A stretch of DNA of 64,000 nt, from positions 82,560-146,559 of the forward strand of contig NW_015167630.1 in assembly GCF_001447785.1 (NCBI RefSeq), given 5' to 3'. This stretch comes from Gekko japonicus (Eukaryota). A model generated the notes under the pieces. The model had not been told where the DNA came from. It saw only the letters and a program-made list of their open reading frames with translations, and made no database searches. Positions 1-12,309 of this stretch are shown here, in pieces. Every line of letters starts with the position of its first letter. Positions within the stretch are counted from its first letter, which is position 1. Made by a program: the position numbers and the translations under genes.

Positions 1-72
1 GAGAGAGATCTTGGAGTTGTAGTAGATAACTCACTGAAAATGTCGAGACAGTGTGTGACTGCAATAAAAAAA
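1..72 (+). mobile_element. CR1 LINE ORF2 fragment
   Basis: Translates ERDLGVVVDNSLKMSRQCVTAIKK, a typical post-RT CR1 motif. Confidence 0.8.
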
Positions 73-962
73 ATTTTTGAACTGTACAAATATTTTTTTG
101 AAAATTGCATTTCCCCCCCCCCCCCAATTTGCTAATTTTGTGTCTGGTTGTGCATATAGAAAGCCCTGCCTGTATATTGCCTCTATGATTCCAACAAAGC
201 ATTTCTAAAACTTCCTTATTTTTTCCTTTAGCTGTGTTATTTCTTCACAGAATAAAGACTTTTGTTTATTCACTGATGAGATTTATTTTCAAATGTTTGT
301 GTGTGTCTCTCTCTACTATATCTGTTCTGAGATAAATATTTATTAATGCTGATCTATGATCTGCCATGTTTGTTTGGCAGAGACTTTAAGTCTTTTCATC
401 ATTTTATCTATTCCTTCTGAACACAAAACTGTCCTCCAGAGTGTTATCCTTCCCACTGCAGTATATCACCATGTGGTAGCATATTTTTGAATCGGGGGTT
501 TGTCGCAGTTCCCTCTTTTTATCTCTCTCTCCCAAAACCTGAATATACATATTCCTGTTACCATTGAGCAAACATCTTCAGTAGGATCATTTAAATAATA
601 TCCAAGTATGTATAAACAAAGGGAAATAAATGTCCACTTATGTTAGAATCAGAGCAGTGATTTTTTATTGATGTCTGACTTTGAGAGAGTCCCCTCATTG
701 TGTGAAATTTACCTAGAAGATTCTGCCTTTTTTAAATTAAAAAAAACCCCAATGCAATCCTAAATAGAGTAAATGGACTTATAACTGTGTGGCTGCTTAG
801 AATTGCACAGTTCATATGATAAAAATCTGTTAATAACTGCTATGTTAACACAAAAGCTGACTTCAAGTAAATAAAACTATGTTTCTTTCTTTCTGGGAAA
901 AGTTTCATTCTAATTATGAATGTGTTCTCAAAGGGCCGTTTCGTGAACTCTCGAAGAAGAGT

Positions 963-1068
963 ATGAATGTTTCTGAGACCGTGTTGTTCAGTGGTTCCTC
1001 ACTAGCATCTCAGGTTCATGCTGCTGCCGTTAACGGACACAAGAGTGCTCTTCTAAAGCAAATAGCAG
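963..1068 (+). CDS. INVS: Inversin, first coding exon (MNVSETVLFSGSSLASQVHAAAVNG...)
   Basis: Translation matches the inversin N-terminus as I recall it (GSSLASQVHAAAVNG). ATG at 963, donor G|GTAAAA after 1068, candidate acceptor AG at 932-933; 106 coding nt. Confidence 0.96.
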
Positions 1069-1251
1069 GTAAAAAAAATGTTCCTTTTGGGGATGTGTCC
1101 AGTGTTGTCTTTCCTTTGTTGTGTTTGCCCTCCTGTCTCACTGTCATTGATTGACTTTCAAAGCCATATTAGCTGAATACTGACTGACTGCTGTTAGTTG
1201 AATGGCTAAGGTGGATGGATTTTGTAAGCCTTCTATCATTGGTGGTAGTGG

Positions 1252-1448
1252 AAAGTGCCATTAAGTCGCAGCTAATTTGTGGCGACCTCACAGGGTTTTC
1301 AAGGCAAGAGATGAACAGAAGTTGTTGCCATTGCTTGCCTCCGAGTAATGACCCTGGACTTCTTGGAGGTCTCTCGTCCAAATACTCAGCAGGGCCAACC
1401 CTGCTTAGCTTCCAGGATCTGATGAGATTGTGCTGGCCTGAGCCATTC
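1252..1448 (-). mobile_element. 5S rRNA-derived SINE (5S-Sauria-like)
   Basis: Minus strand has a 5S-like head (tctcatcagatcctggaagctaagcagggt...) and the tail (cttgccttgaaaaccc...gtcgcc) shared with other copies in the window. Confidence 0.75.
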
Positions 1449-1926
1449 TTTCTCTTCATAATAAAGTCAACTTGATTTGCCCTATCAGTATGAAATACAG
1501 CGTGCAAAATATACTTGGTAAATGGTACAATCTGACCAAAATTCAGAAATATCTGTCAAAGATTGGCTGAGTTATACAGGATTTTTTTTTAAATGTTGCT
1601 TTAATTTACAGTAGTCTCTGTTTTTTACTGTTTCTGTGCCCACCCAAAGCAATTTGCCCAGGGACCTGTATTTGGACATTGCAGCAAACTGAAGTTTGAT
1701 AAAAAAAGGAAGCTTTTGATCATGTGAATGAATGATCATGAGAGCATGGCAATTGCCACTGTCACAAACAGAGGTTTTTTGTGATGTCTGTTCAGCACTT
1801 TTTAATGCAGCAAAAGACAGTACATACAATTTAAATCAAAATACTTGTATTATGGGGGAGGGACCTAACTGTGGTACCCAACAACTCTGCCAGCTTCCAG
1901 TTGCTAACCACCCTAGTCCCTGAAAG

Positions 1927-2342
1927 CGGGGGTCCCCAGCATGGTGGGTCCCCAGCTGCCCTGAGTCTGCCTTGGCGGGGAGGGCAGGGGATAAATTGAA
2001 CTAATAAATAAATAAAATGGTGCCCATGGGTGCCATGATGCCCACTAACACCATTCCCAGTGGCCGCCAAGTGCTTTTAGGAAGTGAGGGGGACCAGGTA
2101 GGGGTTTTGCCCAGCAGAGCTTCTGACTGGAGATTTGATTGGCTGTGCAGATTATTTAAAGCGTTGCTTTGGCAGCAGCTGTTACCACAGCACAAGGTTC
2201 TTCACTGTGTGACTGAAGTTAAGCTGCGGCAATCATTTTATGGGTGGCTCTGCCTCCTGTCGCAGCCATTTTGTGGCAGCCGTTTGGTCACTGTGTCAGA
2301 ATCCCAAAAGTGCCCGCGGGCCCAAAGAGGTTGGCGACCCTG
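1927..2342. mobile_element. Non-autonomous hAT MITE with an inserted L2-type tail
   Basis: TIR-like ends cgggggtccccagc / gttggcgaccctg; 8-bp flanks cctgaaag / ccctaaag (6/8); (TAAA)n-tailed insert at about 1957-2016. Confidence 0.65.
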
Positions 2343-2551
2343 CCCTAAAGGGTTAGTGTGCACTTCCTTAGTACTTGGCTGAGAGGACCAAGACCTGGGG
2401 TGAGATTAGGTTTAGTCACTGTGCCCACGATGCCATGTCAGAATCCCAAAAGTGCCTGCGGGCTCAAAGAGGTTGGCGACCCTGCCCTAATGGGTTAGTG
2501 TGCACTTTCTTAGTACTTGGTTGAGAGGACCAAGACCTGGGGTGAGATTAG
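2287..2551. repeat. Local tandem duplication (~125 bp x2) spanning the MITE right end and its flank
   Basis: gtcactgtg...tcagaatcccaaaagtgcc...ggtgagattag occurs at 2287-2409 and 2415-2551. Confidence 0.9.
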
Positions 2552-4109
2552 ATTAGAATTTGCCCACATCTAAGCAGTATGTAGAATTCATAGTTCATCT
2601 CTGCTCTTTTGGTAGAACATGAAGCATGGAATCCAGGGAACATAGGTGCTAATAAATTAAAACTGAAGACTCTTAACAAAAGACGTCTGTAGTTATAAGA
2701 AATTTGAATGCAAAATTGACGCTGTGGAAGCACTTGCTTTAAGAAAATGCCTTAGTACGGGTTCTGTTCTGTTACTTACAGCCTTATACTTGAGACATAG
2801 GTACGAGTATAAATTTACAAAGAATTTAACAGGGTATATTTAATGTTTAGCTTTATTCATTGACAAGTTAAATTGATTTTAATTTTATTATATTTTATTT
2901 TTGAGGCAAGCCATCTCAAAATTTGTTTTGAGATCATGTAATATAATTTTAACTAAATAAGTAATATACCTCACTCTCTGGGACATTATCTAATGCAGTG
3001 TCATGTCTCTAATGTATGTGTGAGAGAGAGAAATTGCATATCGAGGATTTGGGAGTGATTCACATTAAGTAATCTCAGTTCCATATTGGTCAAATGTGCA
3101 AATGTTTTCTGCTTGCTTAATTGCTTGGCTATAAAAGCCATATGTGACTTCAAGTTTAGTCTGGCTTTGCTTCCTCCCAGTGATCTGACTCTGCATGTAA
3201 TATGAGATCTCTGCCATGTTCAAATGATTTGCAGTGTCCTGAGCCACACTAAGACATCACAAACAAGCTATATTCTATGTTAACAAGAGCAAGCTGGGAT
3301 ATGCTCCCTGCCCCCAGTGCACTGTATCAGGATTGAGAGATTTAAAGAGAACTATAATTTATTGCAGTTGGCCACTTCAGCAAAACTACAGTTTGCTTCT
3401 TGCCTGTATACCAGGATTCAGAGTTAACAATTTGTTAAGGTGAGTCAGATGCCATGAGAAATAGCACTTAGTTCTAAAAGCAGGAAGTCTTAAATCTCAG
3501 TGCAGCATTTGAAGAAAGGAGACTTCCGAGGCTTGTTCTTGGACCAAAGAAACCATGGTTTGCTTGGCCATCTGGATGCAGCCTCTGCCTCAGTTTTATC
3601 CTTCTGCTCAGAGCTGGATGGAGATATACTATGGTGTGGTTTAGACATCACAGAAGAGTAGCCATGCTGAATCAGACCATCTGGCCCAGCATCCTGTTTC
3701 CAAAAGAGGCTAGGCAGATGCCACAAGGGATGCACCGAGCTGTGTTCATAGGCAACAGTTCTCGCTTGCTGACTGCTCCTTAGCATCTGACAGTCATAGG
3801 CATTCTACCTCTGAACCAGGAAGTCCCATGGGGCTCTCATAGCGAACAGCCAAAGATAAACTTATCCTCCATGCTTCTGTCTCCCTTTTACATCCACCTA
3901 AACTAACGTTGCTAACCTGGAGATCTCCCAGAATTACAGCTGATCTCCAGAGGATGCTGCTGAGGTTGCAGTCCTCCCCAAAGCCTGCCCTCCAAGGCTC
4001 CATCCCAAATCTCCAAAAAATTTCCCAGGCCAGAATTGGGAACCCTAATCTAAATGAGTGGCCATCACATCTTGTGGCAGTGAGTTACACATCAACTACC
4101 TGTTGTGTG

Positions 4110-4505
4110 AACATAAGAGAAGCCAATGTTGGATCAGGCCAGTGGCCCATCTAGTCCAACACTCTGTCACACAGTGGCTACAAAAAACCAAGTGCCATTA
4201 GTTGGTCCAGCAGTGGGGCCAGGACACTAGAAGCCCTTCCACTGTTGCCCCCCCCCCAAGCACCAAGAATACAGAACATCACTTGCCCCAGCCCGAGAGT
4301 TCTTGCCTATACCTTGTGGCTAATAGCCACTGATGGACTTCTGCTCCATATGCCTATCTAATTCCCTCTTGAAGCTGTCCATGCTTGTAGTCGCTGCCAC
4401 CTCCTGTGGCAGTGAATTCTATGTGTTAATGACTCTTTGGGTGAAGAAGTACTTCCTTATATCTGTTCTAACCTGACTGCTCAGCAAATCTCAGTGTACT
4501 TCATT
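4110..4505 (-). mobile_element. CR1 LINE 3' fragment
   Basis: CR1-type tail (aacataaga) and 3' UTR/ORF2 end; highly similar to 10336-10750. Confidence 0.8.
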
Positions 4506-6553
4506 GTGTCTGTCTTGAACATGGAACTATACTTTATTTTAACTGTGGTTGGTTTGTGAAACCAGGATTTAACCCAAACAAATCTTGGCTTGTCCCAACA
4601 AATGTAGGTTTTATTGGCTTCTCCTGCCCTTCCATGAAAAGACCCAGCTGGTATCCCAGTTGGCACTCTGGTGAGGACAGCACCAGGGAACAAGTCAGGA
4701 TTAAACCATGTGTGCACTTCCTTAATACTTGTTCGTATGTCACACAAAACCACAGGTAAGATTAACTGTGGTGATTCAATGAACTTCAAACCATATTTTC
4801 AAATCCTGGTTTGACATATCCTAGCTAACCAAAGTTAGTGGAAGGGCCTGCATTCAGATTACTGCACTGGTCATTAAACCGTGGTTTAGTGTGTCATCCA
4901 AACTAAGATTACACATTTAGTTAAAACTATGAAAATAACCATAATATTGATAATATGACTGTAGGACAGCAAGCCCCAGCTGTCATGCACCTTCCCTTGG
5001 CCTCAGACAGAGAAGAGGGGGCTGCGTACCACCCTATTCTACCTCCTGTCCTCTAGCTCTACTCACTTCTGAGCTGGGAGGCAGAGCTGGTCTGTCCTCC
5101 TTGGCCTCCCCCTCAAGCCTTTTGAAGGCCCTAGCCAGGCTTGGGGCATGCCCAGTGGCCTCCACCCAGGAGCTTTAAGGGGGTGTGGCCAAACTCATGA
5201 GGGACCAATAGTGCCTTCTGAGCAATTTCCGCCCCATTGCTCCCTTATCCAACCCCAGGATGGAGCTTCCCAACAGCTGGCCATCAAAGTTTTGGGTTGC
5301 CTGACTATTAAAGGGCCAGCTGCCATTGATCAGCTGGCTGGCGTGCAGACCTGTATGTGCATCTGTAACAGACCTGTAGCCACGGAGGGCCCTTGGGGTG
5401 ACGCCCCCTCCTGAATGTGCCCTGCCCCTCCCGGCTGCCTCCCCTGCTGGTCCCAGGAGGGAAAGGGAGTCTGGGGCGACCGCACATATCGCTGTGCCAC
5501 ACTCCAAGTTCTTGGACAGAAGCTGGTTGGTCAGGAGGGGGCAGGCCCTCCTCTCCCAATGCCCTTGCAGCTTCGTAGTTGGCTGGCCCTGGATGTGGAG
5601 CTCACTGCCAGCAGTGAGGCTGTGCACAGAAACTGGTTGGCTGGGAGGGGGCAGGCCCTCCTCCCCCACTGCCCTTGCAGCCACCAGCAGCGAGCTCCAC
5701 ATCCGGCGCCAGCCAGCCATGAGGCTACACAAAGAAAGAGAGGAAGGAGGGAGGGAGCCTGGGGTGACTGCACGCTTGCTGGCAGCTGGGCAGTGTATCT
5801 ATTTAAACTTCATGTGGCACGCTGCCCTCCTGGAGAAGTGCAGTGCTCCCTTCCTTTCTGCTCCAGCAGGCAGGTGAATGAGTCCAGCACTCCCCTCCAG
5901 AAGATTTTTGGTAGGGGTGCAATTAAACTCCCTGCTCCCGGTCTTTGCCCCCCACCGGATATTTTCTGGCTATGGGCCTGGTCTGTAACCTCACTGGGCT
6001 AGGTGGATACCAGTCTTGACCACATGGGGTCTGAGAAGGAGGGGAACCTAGTGTTCTTCCCCGAAAATAGCGAAACTAATAAATGTGGTCTACTTTACAA
6101 GCATTGATATAAAGATCACTATTACATGAAAAATGCTTTCATTAGCTTAAAGCACAATATAAATGCAAACAATTACAGAGCTGCAGTGAAAATAAATATC
6201 CCTCCCTAAGTGGTCTCATATAATTCAGCTACTTCCTTTTCAAAAAACATCCCTGTAAGATTAAAAAAACCCTCTAGATTAAAACCTATCGTACTTACGA
6301 ATTTTTCATGTCTTAAATTCTAGTCCATATAAACAGTAAGCAGAGCCTTATATACTGTGCTCAGCCCTCTTCCTTTGACGGTTAGACTTAATGCTGATGC
6401 AGGGTCAGTGGTACATCAATCATTAATAAAATACATGCTTTTAAATTCTAAGCTTCTAATTCTGATATCCAACTTCTTACAAAGTTTGTTTTAAATTGTG
6501 GAGTACAACCTTGGGCATGTTTACCTAGAAGTCAAACTAGCAAAATAAACCTA

Positions 6554-6765
6554 GGGGAGGGGCTGTGGCTCAGTGACAGAGCATCTGTTTTATGTGCAGA
6601 AGGTCCCAGGTTCAATCCCCAGCATCTCCAGTTAAAAGGACTAGCGAGTAGGTAATGTGAAAGACCTCTGCTTGAGACCCTGGAGAGCAACTTGCAGTCT
6701 GCGTAGACAATACTGACTTTGATAGACCAATGGCCTGGTTCAGTATATGGCAGCTTCATGTGTGT
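6554..6765 (+). mobile_element. tRNA-derived SINE (Squam2-like)
   Basis: Box A (tggctcagtg) and box B (ggttcaatccc) head; body and tail (ggcagcttcatgtg) shared with 27146 and 41340. Confidence 0.8.
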
Positions 6766-6794
6766 GTCCTGTGTGTGTATTTATCATGTATGTG

Positions 6795-7082
6795 TAACTC
6801 TTCAGGCCTATCATAACATCAGAGCTAGCCTGTTGCAAAGATCGGTCCTATAGTAGAGAGGGCAGTGGCAACACAGCTTCAGGTTTTCTTGGATGATACT
6901 GAAGTCCTGGATCCCTTCCGGTCCAGCTTTTGCCCTGCCTATGTGATGGAGACGATATTGGTTGCCCTGGTGGATGATCTCCAGAGACATCTGGTTTGAG
7001 GTGGATTGGCGCTGCTGGTACTTCTTGATCTGTCAGCAGCGTTCAATATGATTGACCATGATGTGTTAAACCACCGCCTCGC
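6795..7082 (+). mobile_element. L2 LINE reverse-transcriptase fragment
   Basis: Degenerate translation LDPFRS...ETILVALVDDL...LLVLLDLSAAFNMIDH. Confidence 0.8.
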
Positions 7083-7209
7083 CACAGGGTGTCTGTTGTG
7101 GGGAGAGGAAGGGAAGGAGATTGTAAGCCAGTCTGAGACATTGAGTGAAGGGCGGGGTACAAATCCAGCTCTTCTCCTTCTCCTCCTCCTCCTCCTCCCC
7201 CTCCTCCCC
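7083..7209 (+). mobile_element. 3' half of a Squam3-like SINE with (CTC)n tail
   Basis: cacagggtgtctgttgtgggg...gggcggggtacaaatcc matches the tail of the copy at 37454-37750. Confidence 0.75.
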
Positions 7210-7474
7210 ACAAATGAAAGTATATAGGGAACATTTGGGAATTACAACAAGTAGCCAGTATCCAATGGCGTCATAACAGTCTGAACATAAGAACCAAATT
7301 AAATCTAATGTTAGGAGGTCAATAAATGGATTTCCCTTTTTTCAAAAAGTGTAAATAGTAGCCCAAGGGTTTGATGGGTGTTGTGCCAAGGAATGTTTAC
7401 CCCCCTTTTTCCCTTGCATCTCCCCAATCTTAATTGGCCTCTGAAGCTGCTATTTGTCCCTCCAGCACAGATGT

Positions 7475-7688
7475 GCCAGGTCTGGGTTAGAAAATGCCTG
7501 GAGACTTTGGGGGTGGATCTGGGAGAGGGTGGGGTTTGGGGAGGGGAGGGACCTCAGCATGGTCCAATGCCATAGAGTTCAGCCTTCAAAGCAGCCATTT
7601 TTCTCCAGGTGAGCTGATCTCTGTCAGCTGGAGATCAGTTGTAAAAGCGGGAGATCTCCAGGCCCCACCTGGAGGCTGGCAACCCTAC
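7475..7688. mobile_element. hAT-like MITE (TAGGGTTGCC family)
   Basis: Ends in ggcaacccta; body shared with copies near 3910-4047, 11776, 20632 and 23995. Confidence 0.65.
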
Positions 7689-9993
7689 CCCAGCAGCCTC
7701 TGTCAAGAAAAACAACCCGTTCAGCCATGTCCTACCATAACAGGTGTTTGCCAGGCATCTTTTGAAATCCACCAGCCGGTTGATTAATGTTGTAAAGCTT
7801 TATCATTCATATCCTCCTACAGGAATTCAAGAAGTTACCAGACCAGATAGTAATCGAGGAAAGTAGGATACTTCAAAATGAATTATGTTGAGTAATAAAA
7901 TTAGACAAGTTTAAATTGAAAGCATGTAGTACCAGGTAGTGCTGAGTGGGAGGTAAGCAGAATAACTATAGAAGCCAGGTAAGGAACGTCCTGTACAAGT
8001 AGGAGGAAGGTGCTTTTGGTGGACAAGGTATAAAAGAGGGATGCCTTGGAGTCTGACTATGCAAACGGGAGTCTCTTACTTCTTGGGTGTGGGGGGCATC
8101 CCCTAGTACTCAGATTTGGATTACTTTCTAAAAGTAATAATGTCTGTGGTTGCAAACTTCAGTCAATGTAATTGGTAGATTGATCAAGTGCAGCTTTATT
8201 TAATACATGGGGATCAATTCTAATTAGTGGGAGTTCAGGGCAAGTTTCTTTTTTGTTTCTATTTTCACTCCAAGATGTTGAATGAAAAGAAAATTAATAT
8301 TGGCTTTTCCTTCCACCAATGTGGTAGCTTTTATTTATTAAAAAAGCATCTAAATCGATTCAAAGTTATGGAAATATTTAGATTTATGTAAAACAGTCTT
8401 ACTGGACAGCCCTAGTCATTCCAAATTTCAGTGCTGTACTGTGTGTGGTATGGCTTCTTTTTACAGTTCAGGTATTAGGGAGTTTCCAGATGTGGGTGTG
8501 TAGATACAACTACCTCTTTAAAATTCCCTACAATATAGAACACAAATATTTACTCTCTTGTAATAAAACAAGGTAACAGTAGCCATATCCTAGACTGTGG
8601 GGTGGGGGGTGTTGTATTTTACCTGTTCCTTTACCCTCCGACTTGTGTGTGCTGGTGTCTTTGAATGTTTGATTGATATGTATCAGGAAAAGAACTCTTC
8701 TTTGAATGTTTGGTTGATATGTATCAGGAAGAGAAAACCGGCTACTTGTTCAGGACCCAGGATTATTCAGAGAAAGTTTCTGAGATAGTGTAGAAATATA
8801 TGGAAGGGGTGGGGCTTTGAGCATCTTGAGCTAGCAAGAGAGAGAGTGTGGGTTTACAGGTCAGAGAACTGGGGAGTAGAATGTGTTCCATTGTACATCC
8901 TCCACCTCTTACTTGGGTCTGACAATACACCAGCATGCACAAGTGGAGGGTAAAGGAACAGGTTTACTAGAATATTTTCATTTGGAGATAAATCTCTGTG
9001 GGAGCTCATGCTCTTACGGAAGGACAACATCCAAGCACTGTAGATGATCTTAAACGACATACTACTCTAATTGCAAAGGTGTCTAGATCTGTACTCCAAT
9101 GTACAGCACATGCCTGATGAAGAAGGTAGTGGCCAGAGGAGGCAGACTGGTAATCTCTCCCTAGGTTGTTTGAGCCATCTCAGAACTCTGCTCTGGATTG
9201 TCTGATTGTAAAGATTAGGATGGGAAGCTGTTTCTTCACTTGCTGTGGAAGCATCGTTACCTCCTCCACTGAGAAGGAAAGACTTTGTATGCCTTTCCAG
9301 TTAAACTCATTGAAAGTGCCACTTGCTTGCTTTGAATGGACGGATGTTTCGTACCTTGTCATCACCAAACAGTTTTGCTAGACGGGTAGCTCGATAAAGT
9401 TACATATGGTCTTCTGACTTTTTTCTTATTTCTGATAACTATGTCCACCTGGACTGATATGTACCTAGATAAGAATTTACAAAATAATTTAGGGGGAACA
9501 GTAGGAGAACTTGTGCGAATTTGCATGAACCTTTGTTTTTGTTATTACCAGTGTCAGATCCAGGCCTGCTGTTATGCTCTGCTAACAGTGCATCTAGTGG
9601 TAAAATTGGCTCTGATGTTTAAATATTTAGCACATTCTGTCAGGAATTGTGAAGGAGTCTGCTATGCACTAATTAGGTTAACAATGCTAAACATCTTTCC
9701 CAGACCTCCTATTGAGTAGAGAGCGCAAGGTTCATTACCCCAGCATTACCAAACAGTTTTACTATACAGCTAGCTTAATAAAATTACAGATGGTTTTCTG
9801 ACCCCCCACCCCCATATTTCTGGTAATTATATCCAACCCTACAGGTCAGTAAATACATAATGTTTATAAATATAGATATGAGAATTTGTGTGAACCTTTA
9901 CTTTTCTTAGCTTATTATTAACAGTGTTAAATTAGCTCATAGGCGTGTCAAGAATTTTAACACAAGTTACCTACCCATATGTATTGCAGTTGC

Positions 9994-10191
9994 TTGACCT
10001 GGATGGCCCAGTCTCATCAGATCTCAGAAACTAAGCAGGGTCGGCCCTTTTTAGTACTTGGATGGGAAACCACTGAGGAGGTCCAGGGCCGCTACACGGA
10101 GGCAAACAGTGGTGAACCACCTCTGAGCTTCTCTTGCCTTGAAAACCTTGTGGGGTTGCGTAAGTGACTTGAACGCACTTTCTACCACCAC
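9994..10191 (+). mobile_element. 5S rRNA-derived SINE
   Basis: tctcatcagatctcagaaactaagcagggtcggcc...tagtacttggatggga is 5S-like; followed by the shared tail. Confidence 0.8.
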
Positions 10192-10335
10192 AGGCTGAAA
10201 TTAGCCAGGTCTTGGTTTTGCCATTGGTGGGCCCATTCTTAAAAAACATTAACTTTTTTTTGTCATGGGATGGTCAGCACAAGGTGAGGAGAGTATCTCA
10301 GTGTAAGACATGGTGGTAGAGAGGTGTATCGTCTT

Positions 10336-10750
10336 TCTGTTTGGTCATAAGAACATAAGAGACGCCAATGTTGGATCAGGCCACAAGGCCCATCCAGTCC
10401 AACACTCTGTGTCACACAGTGGCCAGAAATACCAGTGCCATCAGGAGGTCCAGCAGTGGGGCCAGGACATTAGAAGCCCCCCGACTGTTGACCCCCCCCC
10501 AAGCACCAAGAAGACAGAGCATCACTTGCCCCAGAGCCCCTAGCTATACCTTGTGGCTAATAGCCACTGATGGACCTCTGCTCCATATGCTTATCTAATT
10601 CCCTTTTGAAGCCGTCCATGCTTGTAGCACCCACCACTTCCTGTGGCAGTGAATTCCATGTGTTAATCACTCTTTGGGTGAAGAAGTACTTCCTTTTATC
10701 CGTTCTAACCCGACCGCTCTGCAGTTTCATGGAGTGCCCACGAGTTCTGG
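10336..10750 (-). mobile_element. CR1 LINE 3' fragment
   Basis: cataagaacataaga tail repeats and CR1 3' end; paralog of 4110-4505. Confidence 0.85.
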
Positions 10751-11775
10751 TCCTTGTTGGATTGGGGGACAGGTGCCTTGGGCTGCTTATTCTCCCACTC
10801 TGTTCAATCTCCCCAGCTTGTGCTGATGAGTGCCGCGGAGGCTGCCTGCATGTTTGTTTGAAGGGGCTTCACTCTTTTTATTTCCCAAACTCATTCAGTA
10901 GCTGTGCTGCAGCATGCGATTGTCACACCGCTTTTCTTCTCCATATATCCTACGACAGAAAATATAGATGAGTTCCTTGCAGTATGATGCATCGCATGGC
11001 AAGCCTTAATTACCGCCTGCCTGCCTGCCTTTCAGTGTTGTGCTTCTTATTTACTTTTGAAGATTGTAATTATCAAAGTGAAGGTGAGCACTGCTTTAAA
11101 AAAAATTATCTGGAGTTCGTGCCAGTCACATCTGTGTTCTGCAAACCCCCTGCAGCAGGAAGCACTGATATAATGCACAATGTACTTCCTGAGAACCACA
11201 CTATTTGAAACATTCAGAGAAGGTAAAACTAGGCAAGAGCCCTGAAATTGGTAGAGTTGTGATGAACTATATAATAATTAACCATAGACATCGGTTGCTA
11301 CTGTTACATAATTATAAGGCTTTTCCGTTTAAGGCCTGAAATGCCTCAGGGTTGGGATATTTATTTATTATTTATTTATTTATTAAGACATTTATATCTC
11401 ACTTTTCCTCCTGGTTCAAGCCAGCTACTTTAAGACGAGTACTTGAAGGATCCTCCCAGTACTCTTTAGCCTGCCAGTTAGGATCCTGTTCCCAAGCCAT
11501 GCTTACTTAGCTGTCCTTTAGGCACCAGGACAAAACATTTCTTTAATCACAAGCTTTTAACTAAGGAGTTTGATCTATTTCAGTTGTTCTGTGGTCTGCT
11601 TCTAGCCTAACTGTTGAATGAATGCTATCTTAGGCTGCTGAACATTGTTTTATTCAGGTTGTGCCTCTCTGTGTCATTGCAAAGATGGTCCACTTCTGCA
11701 GAGACCTTTTGTCTGGTGCTAAGTGCTTTCCAGCCCATTAAAAGATCCTGGTATTGAAGGAGTGGAAGCTTCTAG

Positions 11776-11932
11776 TAGGATTGCCAGTGTCCAGGTGGGA
11801 CCTGGGGATCCCTTGGAAGTATAGCTCATCTCCAGGCTCCATCCCCAAATCTCCAGGAGTTTCCCAACCTGGATCTGGAACCCTACCCCCCCCCATCCTC
11901 CACCAGTGGCCAAGGGGGACCTGGCAACTCTA
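11776..11932. mobile_element. hAT MITE
   Basis: TIRs taggattgcc / ggcaactcta; 8-bp TSD gcttctag / gcatctag. Confidence 0.8.
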
Positions 11933-12142
11933 GCATCTAGCACCAGAAGAATGTGCTTCACAGTGGAGGTCTACCCAGCCCCCATGAAAAAGGGTGCAAA
12001 CAGAAGGAAGACTGAGGAATACAAATTGTAGAACTTTCTTGTGCACAGTTTGTGTGGTGCTTCCTTAGTTGTCCAGAAAATGTTCACATGTAATTAATGT
12101 ACTATAAACCCAATGTAACTGTTGACTTCCTGACTGTTATAG

Positions 12143-12309
12143 GAAACCCAGATCTGAAAGACAAAGAGGACCAATTTGGGAGAACACCGCTCATGTACTG
12201 TGTGTTGGCCGATAGACTAGACTGTGCCGAGGCTTTACTGAAGACGGGAATAGATGTCAACAAGGCTGATCATAGCCAGAGGACAGCTCTCCACCTTGCT
12301 GCGCAAAAG
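12143..12309 (+). CDS. INVS: Inversin coding exon 2 (NPDLKDKEDQFGRTPLMYCVLADRLDC...HLAAQK), ankyrin repeats
   Basis: tatag|GA acceptor, AAG|gtaagt donor, 167 nt; completes the split Gly codon from the previous exon. Confidence 0.98.

Noticed and set aside
879-1154. 91-aa ORF as a standalone gene or N-terminal extension of INVS
   Set aside because: Only 963-1068 is inversin-like; the rest lies outside the splice sites.
4960-6050. Overlapping 160-195 aa ORFs in a GC-rich block
   Set aside because: No recognisable domain. Probably LTR-element-derived, but I could not fix termini or a TSD.
6554-6630. tRNA-Ala-like gene
   Set aside because: Continues into a repeated SINE body; a SINE head, not a tRNA gene.
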